Assembly: GCF_900199515.1 (NCBI RefSeq) | Contig: NZ_LT963434.1 | Coordinates: 1,712,180 to 1,744,179, forward strand | Reading direction: 5' to 3' | Source: Massilicoli timonensis | GTDB lineage: Bacteria > Bacillota_I > Bacilli_A > Erysipelotrichales > Erysipelotrichaceae | DNA: 32,000 nt | In this document: in pieces, positions 7,444-15,425 of the stretch | Layout: each line of letters opens with the position of its first letter | Numbering within the stretch: the stretch's first letter is position 1 | Notes under the pieces: model-generated | Database searches by the model: none | What the model was told of the DNA's origin: nothing | What the model saw: only the letters and a program-made list of their open reading frames with translations | Translations under genes and position numbers: made by a program

Positions 7444-8314
7444 GGGCTTTCCCTCCCATACAATACACATAAGCATCTTCCAAAGTCGCCGTGACAGGTG
7501 TGGCCTGTAAGAAAAGCCCGCTTTCGTCCATTATTCGCGCAGTCAATCCGTGGCTCTCATATGTCGTCGATAATACTACCGATTTCTTTTGAAGCTCGAT
7601 AAGCTGGTTTTCATTTTCTAAATGTAGGATTTTTACCTTATCTTTTACCCGTTCCAATAAGGTGGCAGATGTGCCAGCATAAAATAGATGCCCTTTCCGC
7701 AGAACAGCAAGTTCTTCGCATAGCTGGTGAATATCTTCGACAATATGTGTAGAAAGCAAAACGGTGCGGCCCTCTCTTGCATATCTTGACAATAGGCCGC
7801 GGAACCTCACCCGTTCTTCTGGATCAAGACCGGCTGTCGGTTCGTCAACAACAAGAATTTGAGGATTGCCAATTAGCGCCTGCGCGATGCCAACCCTCCG
7901 TTTCATGCCGCCTGAAAGCTGACCTATTTTGCGTTTGGAAAATTCCAACATTTCAACCTGTTCCAACACATTGCTGACAGCTTTTTTGTTATGAATGCCT
8001 TTGAGTTCTGCCATGTAATTTACAAAGTCAAATACAGAAAGAGAGGGGTACATGGCAAGTTCCTGTGGCAAATATCCAACTCTTGCTCTGACCTCATTTC
8101 CCTGTTTCACGGTATCAAAACCGCAAATGCGGATTGTGCCTGCTGATGGGGTTAATACCGTAACCAATGCCTTCATCAGCGTAGTTTTTCCAGCACCATT
8201 GTGTCCCAACAGGCCAAAAACACCGCTGCCAACACGAAAGCTGACATCATCAAGGGCGGTAACGCCGTTCTTGTATTTTTTAGTAATGTGACTAATCTCA
8301 ATGTTTGTATTCAT
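7436..8314 (-). CDS. ABC transporter ATP-binding protein (ABC-2/DrrA-like subfamily)
   Basis: Walker A GHNGAGKTT, signature LSGGMKRRVGIAQA, Walker B LVVDEPTAGLDP, H-loop LSTH. The ATG at 8314 follows GGAGG. Confidence 0.9.
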   Translation of the reverse strand: MNTNIEISHITKKYKNGVTALDDVSFRVGSGVFGLLGHNGAGKTTLMKALVTVLTPSAGTIRICGFDTVKQGNEVRARVGYLPQELAMYPSLSVFDFVNYMAELKGIHNKKAVSNVLEQVEMLEFSKRKIGQLSGGMKRRVGIAQALIGNPQILVVDEPTAGLDPEERVRFRGLLSRYAREGRTVLLSTHIVEDIHQLCEELAVLRKGHLFYAGTSATLLERVKDKVKILHLENENQLIELQKKSVVLSTTYESHGLTARIMDESGLFLQATPVTATLEDAYVYCMGGKAHA

Positions 8315-8366
8315 ACGCTCCTCCATTTAACTACATTCGTAGATTTATAGGCTTTAATGATACGGG

Positions 8367-9332
8367 TTACTCATTGTAACCCGCACCATATTCTGTACCA
8401 GTATTATAGGCCGGATAAGGATAGAAATGTTCTCTGCTAAATTGTACGGAAAAAGCAACCGTAAGTATCAGAGAAACAGCCAGAATAGCCGTTATCATCC
8501 TGTCCCTGATCTTTGATGATTTTGTGGTGATCCGTTTGATTCTACGTTTTGTCAACACAAAACTGAGTGCGCCAATCCCTTTACCGGGTTTTGTAGCTTG
8601 AACCGTAGACAGTTCCAGCAGTCGGATAATAGCCGCAGCATATTCTGTTTCTGTGACTTTTCCCTGCGAAAATTTTAAGGCATTGCAATCGCAATCCGTT
8701 TCACAATGTAGTGAAAAATCTCCTTTAGCAATCCACGCAAAAGGGTTGAGCCAGTTTAATATGCAAACATAATCATAGATACGCTCCAAAAGAATATGTT
8801 TCCGCTTAATATGGGTCAACTCATGGATAAAGACAGCGGATAATTCGCCATCGGTCAGCTTTTCTATAACTGTTTTGCTCATGATAATTGCTGGGCGGAT
8901 TGCGCCGGTAACGCAAATGGGGTTATCCAAAGTCCCCCAATATAGTGCAGGCACTTTTTTTAAGCCGACAATTTCCGCACATTGTAAGCAAAGAGCATTT
9001 AGACGCTCAGTGCTACATATCTGGTATCCTTTCAATGCCCGCTTTGCCATTATAGAGCGTATCGTATCATAGACGAAAAGAATACCGCACCCACACACCC
9101 ATACCCAACAGGCAATATAAAATCCATTTAACCATTCCTGTGTTTCTGGTGATATGAGAAACACATCCGGTGAAAGGAATGGAACGCAAAAAAGGATCAT
9201 ACCGCAAAGCGGAAACCATAGCGGCAGCGTACAACGCAGAATGTGATTGATAAAAAGAGATAAAACACAAAATATACCGCCAATAGCAGATACAAAAATA
9301 ATCGCATTGAAAATGTTACCGAGTATCTGCAT
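8367..9332 (-). CDS. M56-family (BlaR1/MecR1-like) membrane metalloprotease lacking a penicillin-binding sensor domain
   Basis: HELTHIKRKH (HExxH) after an N-terminal TM bundle. Only 321 aa, with a final TM and a short tail. 17-nt overlap with the upstream BlaI-like gene. Confidence 0.85.
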   Translation of the reverse strand: MQILGNIFNAIIFVSAIGGIFCVLSLFINHILRCTLPLWFPLCGMILFCVPFLSPDVFLISPETQEWLNGFYIACWVWVCGCGILFVYDTIRSIMAKRALKGYQICSTERLNALCLQCAEIVGLKKVPALYWGTLDNPICVTGAIRPAIIMSKTVIEKLTDGELSAVFIHELTHIKRKHILLERIYDYVCILNWLNPFAWIAKGDFSLHCETDCDCNALKFSQGKVTETEYAAAIIRLLELSTVQATKPGKGIGALSFVLTKRRIKRITTKSSKIRDRMITAILAVSLILTVAFSVQFSREHFYPYPAYNTGTEYGAGYNE

Positions 9333-9705
9333 CTGTTTTCTCCTGCTGCTCGATCAAGCTCTTTAGCTCATGCAATTCATCAGACGAAAGATTGCCGTTT
9401 TTGACAAATCCCATTACCATCTTAGACAGGGAACCATCATATACGCGGCTTAGAAAACTGCGGCTTTCCGCAAGCTGGCATTCACTTTCTGATACTGCTG
9501 GATAATATAAGTATCCCTTTCCTTGACGTTTTGTAGTCAATGCTCCTTTTTTTACCAAACGGGCAAGGTATGTTTGAATAGTCGTCTTGCTCCAACCTGT
9601 TTCTTTTAACCTGTCTAATATTTCGGGAAGTGTTTGTGGAGAATTACTCCAAACAATCTTCATTACTCGCCACTCTGACTCTGAAATAGAAAGTTGCTGC
9701 TCCAT
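9316..9705 (-). CDS. BlaI/MecI/CopY-family winged-helix transcriptional repressor
   Basis: 129 aa. ISESEWRVMKIVW ... WSKTTIQTYLARLVKKGAL pattern. Gene pair with the M56 protease. Confidence 0.9.
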   Translation of the reverse strand: MEQQLSISESEWRVMKIVWSNSPQTLPEILDRLKETGWSKTTIQTYLARLVKKGALTTKRQGKGYLYYPAVSESECQLAESRSFLSRVYDGSLSKMVMGFVKNGNLSSDELHELKSLIEQQEKTDADTR

Positions 9706-9730
9706 AAAGCGCCTCCTTTGATTGATGCTG

Positions 9731-9772
9731 TGTAGTTTATTCTATTATAGCATTGGAACTACATAGTGTCAA
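9731..9772 (-). promoter_or_regulatory. Consensus sigma-A promoter of the BlaI operon with flanking TGTA/TACA inverted repeat
   Basis: Minus strand has TTGACA (9772-9767), 17 nt, then TGcTATAAT (-10 at 9749-9744). The 7-bp inverted repeat tgtagtt (9731-9737) / aactaca (9757-9763) brackets the -10. Confidence 0.6.
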
Positions 9773-9945
9773 CCATTGCATAGAATATCTATACGTAAAA
9801 TTAAACGGAAAACTATGCCTGTCTACGCATTTAAGCCACTGAAAAGCCCGCTATTTCGGGGTTTCCCGGCATGGTCGATGGGCAAGGCAGGACAGATTAT
9901 CTAATCCTCGCCAGAGAGCGCTTCTAAATCTGTAGGGAAATCCAT

Positions 9946-9993
9946 AAAACGTTGGGCATGGTAACTGTTAGCTACACACCCAACGCTTTTTTT
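9946..9993. terminator. Bidirectional terminator-like hairpin downstream of the histidine kinase gene
   Basis: cgttggg (9950-9956) / cccaacg (9979-9985). A long T-run follows on the plus strand (9987-9993) and TTTTA on the minus strand. The loop is rather long (22 nt). Confidence 0.5.
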
Positions 9994-10013
9994 CATAAGA
10001 GTTTATAGTGCCA

Positions 10014-11378
10014 TCACCACAAAAATGCTGTAAACTTCACACCGTTTTCCGTATTAACCATGTTATAGATAATTTCGTGGTGATCCAGGATGGTTTTAGT
10101 GATATACAGCCCCAGGCCGCTGCCGCCGCTGTTCCGGTTCCGGGATTTGTCCACCCGATAGAAGGGAGTGAAGATACGCTCCAAATCTTCCTCAGCAATG
10201 TGGACGCCGGTATTCTCCACGGAAAACACCTCGTCTTTTTGGGTGACAGTAATCACCGCCCCCACCGGCGAATAGGTCACGGCATTTCCGATCACATTGG
10301 TGAACACTTTCTCCATAAGCCGCCGGTCCCCCTGGTAGTGGTATTCCGGCTGGATGTCCATGCGAAGCTCGATCTGCTTATCCTCCATCCGGCCACGGAA
10401 CTGCTGGCAGACCTTTCGCAGCATTTGGCTGATGTCCAGGTCAGTGCGCTCCAGGTGGAAATCGCTGCCGCCCATCCGGGCCGCCGATAGAATCTCCTTT
10501 ACCAGCGCCTCCATGTCATTGGTGGTTTTCATACACCGGCGCAGGTAAGTATCGCGGTCTTTGTATTCGCCAACCTGATAGATCATGCCCTCCAGTTGCC
10601 CCTTGATGATGGCAATGGGAGTTTTCAGCTCATGAGAGACGGCGGTGAAAAATTCCACGCGCTGCTTTTCCTGCTCACGCTCCCGCTCAATATCTTTCTT
10701 CAACTGCCAGTTCGCTGACCGCAGGCTGGCCAGCGCATTGCTGAGCTGCTCCGCCATCTCATTCAGGCTGGTGGCCAGCACACCGATCTCGTCTTTTCGG
10801 TTGACTTCACACTTCCAGGTCATGTCCAGGGTGGTCATCCGCTTTGCCACGTTGCTGATATTGACCAGCGGCTTAGAGTAGTACCGGGAACAAACTACCG
10901 CCCCAATGACGGAGATCAATAGAATCACAACGGCAATAAAGGGGATGAGCTTCAACAGGATGTCATAGGACTGCGCCACCGCAACCAGGGCGGCATTGGC
11001 AAATACATGGTAGGTCTGCCCGCCTTGCTGGAATGTAGCGGAACAGCTCATAGAGGGGGCAGAAGTGTCCATGTTCTCCATATCGGCAAAATTCACGGAG
11101 AACAAATTATTCCCATAATCATCGTTGATTTCCACCGAGGCGTTGTTCGTCATGGAAAATTCCATCAGACTGTCCGAACTGGCCTCCCAGCCGTTTCGCT
11201 CCAAAACCGCCACCAAGTCATAAAAATCGGAAGTGACTTGGCCTTCCAGCTCCGTATGGTAATTCCTCGGCAGGAAAATCATCACCATGCCGTAAATGAT
11301 AATGCAGCAGACCACCAGCAGCGCCAGCATACTGAGGAAGGTTTTGGCCTGAATGCTTTGACTAATCTTCCTTCTCAA
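10014..11378 (-). CDS. Sensor histidine kinase with extracytoplasmic sensor domain, HAMP, HisKA and HATPase_c
   Basis: Two TMs flank about 110 aa. H-box FTAVSHELKTPIA, N-box NVIGNAVTYS, G-boxes ENTGVHI and GGSGLGLYI. TTG start overlaps the response regulator stop. Confidence 0.95.
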   Translation of the reverse strand: MRRKISQSIQAKTFLSMLALLVVCCIIIYGMVMIFLPRNYHTELEGQVTSDFYDLVAVLERNGWEASSDSLMEFSMTNNASVEINDDYGNNLFSVNFADMENMDTSAPSMSCSATFQQGGQTYHVFANAALVAVAQSYDILLKLIPFIAVVILLISVIGAVVCSRYYSKPLVNISNVAKRMTTLDMTWKCEVNRKDEIGVLATSLNEMAEQLSNALASLRSANWQLKKDIEREREQEKQRVEFFTAVSHELKTPIAIIKGQLEGMIYQVGEYKDRDTYLRRCMKTTNDMEALVKEILSAARMGGSDFHLERTDLDISQMLRKVCQQFRGRMEDKQIELRMDIQPEYHYQGDRRLMEKVFTNVIGNAVTYSPVGAVITVTQKDEVFSVENTGVHIAEEDLERIFTPFYRVDKSRNRNSGGSGLGLYITKTILDHHEIIYNMVNTENGVKFTAFLW

Positions 11379-12036
11379 TTTTATATCCCGCCCCTCTCAT
11401 GGTTTCTATGTAGTCCACACCCAGCTTTTTACGGATGTTCTTGATGTGGGTATTCACGATTTTTTCATCGCCAATATAGTCGTAGCCCCAAACCGTGTCC
11501 AGCAGCCTTTCCCTGGACACCACCCGGCCCTGGTTCTCCAGAAGGAGCTTCAAAATCTCAAATTCCCTGGTGGTCAGGGAAACGCTTTCTGTTCCAACAA
11601 GGACGGTAAGGCTGTCCGTGTCCACCGTGATTTCCTTATAGCGGATCACGGTATTGGGCGCAGCGCCGCCCTGTTCAGCCCGACGCAGCACCGCTTCGAT
11701 ATGCTTCATCACAACCGGCATGGAAAAGGGCTTGGTGATATAATCATCTGCCAGAGCGTCAAAGCCCTTCATCTGGCTATCCTCATCATCCAATGCGGTG
11801 AGCATGATGATGGGAACCCGGCTCTCCTTCCGCAGAATCTCACATACGGCAAAGCCATCAATTTTCGGGAGCATTAAATCCAGAAGCACCAGGTCGGGCT
11901 TGTTTACCCGGAACTGTTCAATTCCTTCCAGGCCATCAGCAGCCAGAACCACCGTATAGCCTGCGTCCTCCAGGAACGCCTTGATAATATTCTGAATGGA
12001 TTCTTCATCCTCTATAATCAAAATCATTTTTGACAT
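11362..12036 (-). CDS. OmpR/PhoB-family response regulator
   Basis: Receiver domain (LIIEDEE, LLDLMLP, KPF) plus a winged-helix output domain (LTTREFEILKLL...RGAGYKIE). The ATG at 12036 follows GGAGGTG. The ORF-track extension to 12069 would cover the promoter. Confidence 0.95.
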   Translation of the reverse strand: MSKMILIIEDEESIQNIIKAFLEDAGYTVVLAADGLEGIEQFRVNKPDLVLLDLMLPKIDGFAVCEILRKESRVPIIMLTALDDEDSQMKGFDALADDYITKPFSMPVVMKHIEAVLRRAEQGGAAPNTVIRYKEITVDTDSLTVLVGTESVSLTTREFEILKLLLENQGRVVSRERLLDTVWGYDYIGDEKIVNTHIKNIRKKLGVDYIETMRGAGYKIEKED

Positions 12037-12055
12037 CGCTTGCACCTCCAAAGGT

Positions 12056-12088
12056 AGTGTAACATACAAAGGTGGAGTTTAGGTGGAG
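12056..12088 (-). promoter_or_regulatory. Putative autoregulated promoter of the response regulator / histidine kinase operon
   Basis: Minus strand reads CTCCACC (12088-12082), 4 nt, CTCCACC (12077-12071), 9 nt, TACACT (12061-12056). Geometry is identical to 5844-5876. Confidence 0.55.
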
Positions 12089-12221
12089 AAGGGGGCCTTT
12101 TTTGAAAAACCTCTCTATTCATATTATACCTGAACTGTGTTGCCAGAAAAAGTGTGCGAGTTTGAATTTTGTATATCCTCATAGCACGAGATTGTATGAC
12201 AGGCTGTTTCTATTTGAGAAA

Positions 12222-12264
12222 GTCAAAAATGCCCCTCACCCAACAATATCCAGGCGAGGGGCAT
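12222..12264 (-). terminator. Rho-independent terminator after the sigma-like gene
   Basis: atgcccctc (12229-12237) / gaggggcat (12256-12264), followed on the minus strand by TTTTTG. Begins 6 nt after the stop codon. Confidence 0.6.
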
Positions 12265-12269
12265 TAGAT

Positions 12270-12722
12270 TTAACTCTCCAATAAGAGCTTCAACTTTTTG
12301 AGGACCTTCATTTTCCGAACGTGAACAGCATTACGAAACACGCCAAGCTCGTCTGCATATTGCCGTTCTGTCTTTTCCTCAAAGAACAGTGCCTGGATCA
12401 GCGCACGTTCCTCTGGAGTCAGCAGGGAAAGCGCGGTATGTAGCCTGTCCACTTCCAGCTTGTGAAGCACCACGCTCTCCACACTTTCCTGCTCATCGGA
12501 GAATTGCTGGGCATTTTCATCCACCAGCCGGTCCAAAGAATCTTCGCGGCTGGGGATGATCTGCACCACTTGGCCCTCCTTTCCGAGAACGAATCGCTCG
12601 GTTTTCAAATCGTTCTCAAAATAGCGCATTTTCCGGTCGCCCTGCATATAGGCCCGGTACACTTCATCCGTGACCTCGACAAATTGGCCGCGAATCCATA
12701 TTCTTTTTTTATTAGCGTCCAC
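12270..12722 (-). CDS. Sigma-70 region-4-type regulator (conjugative-transposon sigma-like protein; GTG start)
   Basis: C-terminal LTPEERALIQALFFEEKTERQYADELGVFRNAVHVRKMKVLKKL resembles a sigma-70 r4 HTH. GGAGGT lies 9 nt upstream of the GTG. Confidence 0.75.
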   Translation of the reverse strand: MDANKKRIWIRGQFVEVTDEVYRAYMQGDRKMRYFENDLKTERFVLGKEGQVVQIIPSREDSLDRLVDENAQQFSDEQESVESVVLHKLEVDRLHTALSLLTPEERALIQALFFEEKTERQYADELGVFRNAVHVRKMKVLKKLKLLLES

Positions 12723-12736
12723 GCTGTTTTACCTCC

Positions 12737-12770
12737 GATCAGTCTGAATTGCGAGAAATTCAGACTGGTC
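12737..12770 (-). promoter_or_regulatory. 14-bp-arm inverted repeat immediately upstream of the sigma-like gene SD
   Basis: gatcagtctgaatt / aattcagactggtc (one mismatch) with a 6-nt loop. No U-tract, so an operator or 5'-UTR stem-loop rather than a terminator. Confidence 0.5.
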
Positions 12771-12814
12771 AGGCGGCCCCCTACAACGTGGAAATGATGG
12801 GGTTCCTCTATATA

Positions 12815-12870
12815 GAAAAACGCACCTGCAGAATGAGACAACAGCCCCAACAGCAAGTGCGTTTCTTTTT
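12815..12870. terminator. Bidirectional terminator-like hairpin
   Basis: aacgcac (12819-12825) / gtgcgtt (12857-12863) plus 3 further pairs. A-run on the left and T-run on the right, giving U-tracts in both orientations. Confidence 0.45.
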
Positions 12871-12991
12871 AGTTCGTGTAAATCATGGCATGATAGTTCA
12901 GTGTGAAGGGCGTAAAGCCACGATGAACAGCAAGCGGCTTTTTTGATAGCCTGCGCCCTGTCGCATTATGTCGAAACGCTCTTTGTTTCAT
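12869..12991 (-). CDS. Candidate 40-aa basic micro-ORF (MKQRAFRHNATGRRLSKKPLAVHRGFTPFTLNYHAMIYTN)
   Basis: AGGAGGG lies 7 nt upstream of the ATG, presented in the loop of the ggcggct/agccgcc hairpin. The stop abuts the terminator-like hairpin. No family recognised. Confidence 0.3.
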   Translation of the reverse strand: MKQRAFRHNATGRRLSKKPLAVHRGFTPFTLNYHAMIYTN

Positions 12992-13058
12992 GGCGGCTCC
13001 CTCCTAAAGCCGCCGTGTCAGCGTATAGGCGTCACTCCTTTGTTGAGGGCATAAGGAA

Positions 13059-13190
13059 CGGCGGCCTTGATGTTACTCAAAACCGCCGCAGTACCCTGAA
13101 AATCCATTATGGGCGCACAAAGCTACCTGCCCTGCAACGGTTTTTTCTTTCCCCGTTTAGCGGGGCAGGATAGCTTGTCTTATTCGTTTT
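13059..13190 (-). repeat. Structured repeat of about 125 bp, copy B (partner at 5921-6045)
   Basis: Same two conserved blocks and the terminal attcgtttt abutting the stop of the DtxR-like gene. Confidence 0.6.
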
Positions 13191-13638
13191 ATTCTTGCTC
13201 TTGTGCGGCTGCCTCTTTCAGCCGCGAAAAGCTCTCATCGCTGATAATGTGTTCAATCCGGCAAGCGTCGGCCTCCGCAGTCCTGGGGTCAACGCCTGCG
13301 GCGATAAGCTGCTCGGTAAAAAAGCAATGGCGCTCATAGATTTTTTCAGCAACCTCGCGGCCCACATCGGTCAGATGGAGAAAGTGATCTTCGTCCATTG
13401 TAAGAAAGCCGCCGTCCCGCAAGGTAGCCACTGCATGGCACACGCTGGGCTTTGACACCTCCATGTGCCGGGCCACATCTACGGAGCGCACCATACCGAG
13501 TTTCTTTTGGAGAACAAGGATGGTTTCCAGGTAGTCCTCCCCGGACGGAGTTATTACGGGCTTCATAAACTCTTTGCGCTCCTTTGCCTGTTTTTGTTGC
13601 AATTCTTCCCATGCTTCACGAATAATCAAAGAAAACAC
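13189..13638 (-). CDS. DtxR/MntR-family metal-dependent transcriptional regulator (no SH3-like C-terminal domain)
   Basis: TPSGEDYLETILVL..., wHTH SKPSVCHAVATL, metal-site segment YERH...TEQL...DACRIEH. The family alignment suggests the start is the ATG at 13566 (MKPVITPSGEDY); 13638 is a GTG. Confidence 0.85.
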   Translation of the reverse strand: MFSLIIREAWEELQQKQAKERKEFMKPVITPSGEDYLETILVLQKKLGMVRSVDVARHMEVSKPSVCHAVATLRDGGFLTMDEDHFLHLTDVGREVAEKIYERHCFFTEQLIAAGVDPRTAEADACRIEHIISDESFSRLKEAAAQEQE

Positions 13639-13691
13639 CTTGGCACGCCCCCTTTCAAGAATAATAGGTTCTGATGTTTATGCAAAAGAAA

Positions 13692-15422
13692 TCACTTTAG
13701 TTTCCAGCCACTTGCCAGTTCACGCTGTTTCCAAAAACGACTATAAATTCCATCTTGAGAAATCAGTTCTGCGTGTGTTCCTTTTTGCGCCACTTTGCCA
13801 TCCGATATAACGACAATCTGATTGGCATTTTTTACTGTTGATAAGCGATGTGCAATGGAAATCAGTGTTTTTCCCTTTGTAAGTTGTTCAATCGCTGCCA
13901 ACAGTTCATGTTCATTCTCCGGGTCAACGCTGGATGTTGCTTCATCCAGGATAATGATTGGAGCATCTTTCAAAATGGCTCTCGCTATGGAAACACGCTG
14001 CTTTTCACCGCCAGACAAAGTAGAGCCACCTTCACCCACCTTTGTGTTATATCCTTCGGGCAAAGATACGATAAAGTCATGGCATTGAGCCTTTTTTGCT
14101 GCCTCCACGATTTGCTCATGGCTTGCATCAGGATTGCCAAAGCGAATATTATTCTCAATGGTATCATTGAAAAGGTAGACGCTTTGAAAGACCATGCTGA
14201 TATATTGCATAAGGCTATCCGCAGTGTAATTTTTTACATCCTGCCCGTCCACAAGAGCCTGACCTTCTTGAACATCCCAAAAGCGGGCAATCAGGTTGCA
14301 AAGGGTTGTTTTACCCGATCCCGATGGCCCCACAATCGCGCAGGTGGTTCCCTGTGGGATAAGCAGAGAAACATGGTCGATAATTTTTCTGGACTTTTCA
14401 TATCCAAAAGATACATCCCGAAGCTCAATATCAAACCGTTTCGGGACAAGTTTATTTGATGTTGTGTCCATCTGCGGGATGTTCGTAACTTCTTCCAGGC
14501 GGTTTAAGCCAGCGGTGACGACACGGGAAAGAAACGCACCATTTCCCATCTGCTCCATTTCGGAAAAAATGATAAAGGCACTGACAATCACCATGAGGCA
14601 CCACGGCAACGATAAACTTCCCGCCAGATACAAAAGAACGGCGGCTAACATCAAAACACTGCCGGTTATCTTGTAAACAGCAGAGTACCATTTCATCAAA
14701 GCCATAGAAGCGTGTTCCTGTGCAAGATCAGCTTCTTTCTTTTTGCGAAAAGAGGCATAAACGGCATTTTCGCTACCATCCGCTTGGGAAAAGGCACGAA
14801 GCACCGCAATTCCCCGGATATATTCCAACGCCTGAGTCGTCATATCTTCTTGCGCCGCCAATACTTTCGGTGCGTGTTCCCTTGCAACTTGTCCAATAGC
14901 ATGAAGAATTAGGATGCCGACAAGGGAACCTGCAAGGGTGATTACTGCAAAAACAGGAACGGAAAATAGGAAGAATACGATCATTACCAGCGCCATCAAC
15001 GCTCCGCTGGTCAGATCAGTGACCGCCATCATGGAATATTGTTCCAACTCTGTTACTGTCGTTGTAAGTACATTCTGAATACTTCCCAAACGCTGCTCGG
15101 AAAAATATCCCATAGGTGCTTTTCGCATGAGGGCGCCAACATGAAGTCTGTAATCACGGAATATATCAAAGCCCTTAGCACTCATGGAAATATCCATAAG
15201 CCACTGAAAAAAGAAACGGCCCAACACACTGATACACAAGACAGCAAGAGCTTTCCAGATCACATCCATTGTCAGGCTGTCCAGATCAGAGGCAACAATA
15301 TAAACCGCCCATAAAACCATTGCCATACATACGCTTTTCAGGAAATTAAAGAGGATGCCCAGCAAGATTTTTGATTTATGCTTTCCCGCCAGATTGAGTA
15401 TTCTTTTAATCATAGCAATCAT
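13692..15422 (-). CDS. ABC exporter-fold half-transporter (TMD-NBD fusion), subunit B of a probable heterodimer
   Basis: 576 aa. 6-TM N-terminal domain. Walker A GPSGSGKTT, LSGGEKQRVSIARA, IIILDEATSSVD, H-loop IAHRLST. Confidence 0.95.
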   Translation of the reverse strand: MIAMIKRILNLAGKHKSKILLGILFNFLKSVCMAMVLWAVYIVASDLDSLTMDVIWKALAVLCISVLGRFFFQWLMDISMSAKGFDIFRDYRLHVGALMRKAPMGYFSEQRLGSIQNVLTTTVTELEQYSMMAVTDLTSGALMALVMIVFFLFSVPVFAVITLAGSLVGILILHAIGQVAREHAPKVLAAQEDMTTQALEYIRGIAVLRAFSQADGSENAVYASFRKKKEADLAQEHASMALMKWYSAVYKITGSVLMLAAVLLYLAGSLSLPWCLMVIVSAFIIFSEMEQMGNGAFLSRVVTAGLNRLEEVTNIPQMDTTSNKLVPKRFDIELRDVSFGYEKSRKIIDHVSLLIPQGTTCAIVGPSGSGKTTLCNLIARFWDVQEGQALVDGQDVKNYTADSLMQYISMVFQSVYLFNDTIENNIRFGNPDASHEQIVEAAKKAQCHDFIVSLPEGYNTKVGEGGSTLSGGEKQRVSIARAILKDAPIIILDEATSSVDPENEHELLAAIEQLTKGKTLISIAHRLSTVKNANQIVVISDGKVAQKGTHAELISQDGIYSRFWKQRELASGWKLK

Positions 15423-15425
15423 TGC

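Noticed and set aside
8367-9332. Interpreting the BlaR1-like gene as a beta-lactam sensor or resistance determinant
   Set aside because: The protein ends shortly after its last TM and has no penicillin-binding sensor domain. No beta-lactamase or PBP gene is present in the operon.
9815-9904. 29-aa plus-strand ORF (MPVYAFKPLKSPLFRGFPAWSMGKAGQII) in the intergenic region between the BlaI promoter and the histidine kinase terminator
   Set aside because: It has no SD and no recognisable features, and it lies on the otherwise almost gene-free strand. It is more likely non-coding junction sequence.
1071-12036. Calling the TCS + ABC system a BceRS/BceAB-type bacitracin module
   Set aside because: BceB-type permeases have 10 TMs in one polypeptide, and BceS-type kinases lack an extracytoplasmic sensor. 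Here the permeases are 4-TM MacB-like and the kinase has an extracellular domain of about 110 aa. Only the general logic (TCS-controlled ABC detoxification) is retained.
12037-12069. N-terminal extensions suggested by the ORF track (response regulator to 12069, EcfA to 18754, Maff2-like to 29456, hydrolase to 23067, ATPase to 8326, permeases to 6697 and 7476)
   Set aside because: In each case an internal ATG with a well-spaced GGAGG-type SD starts the conserved family N-terminus. The extension would overlap a promoter, an SD or the preceding gene.
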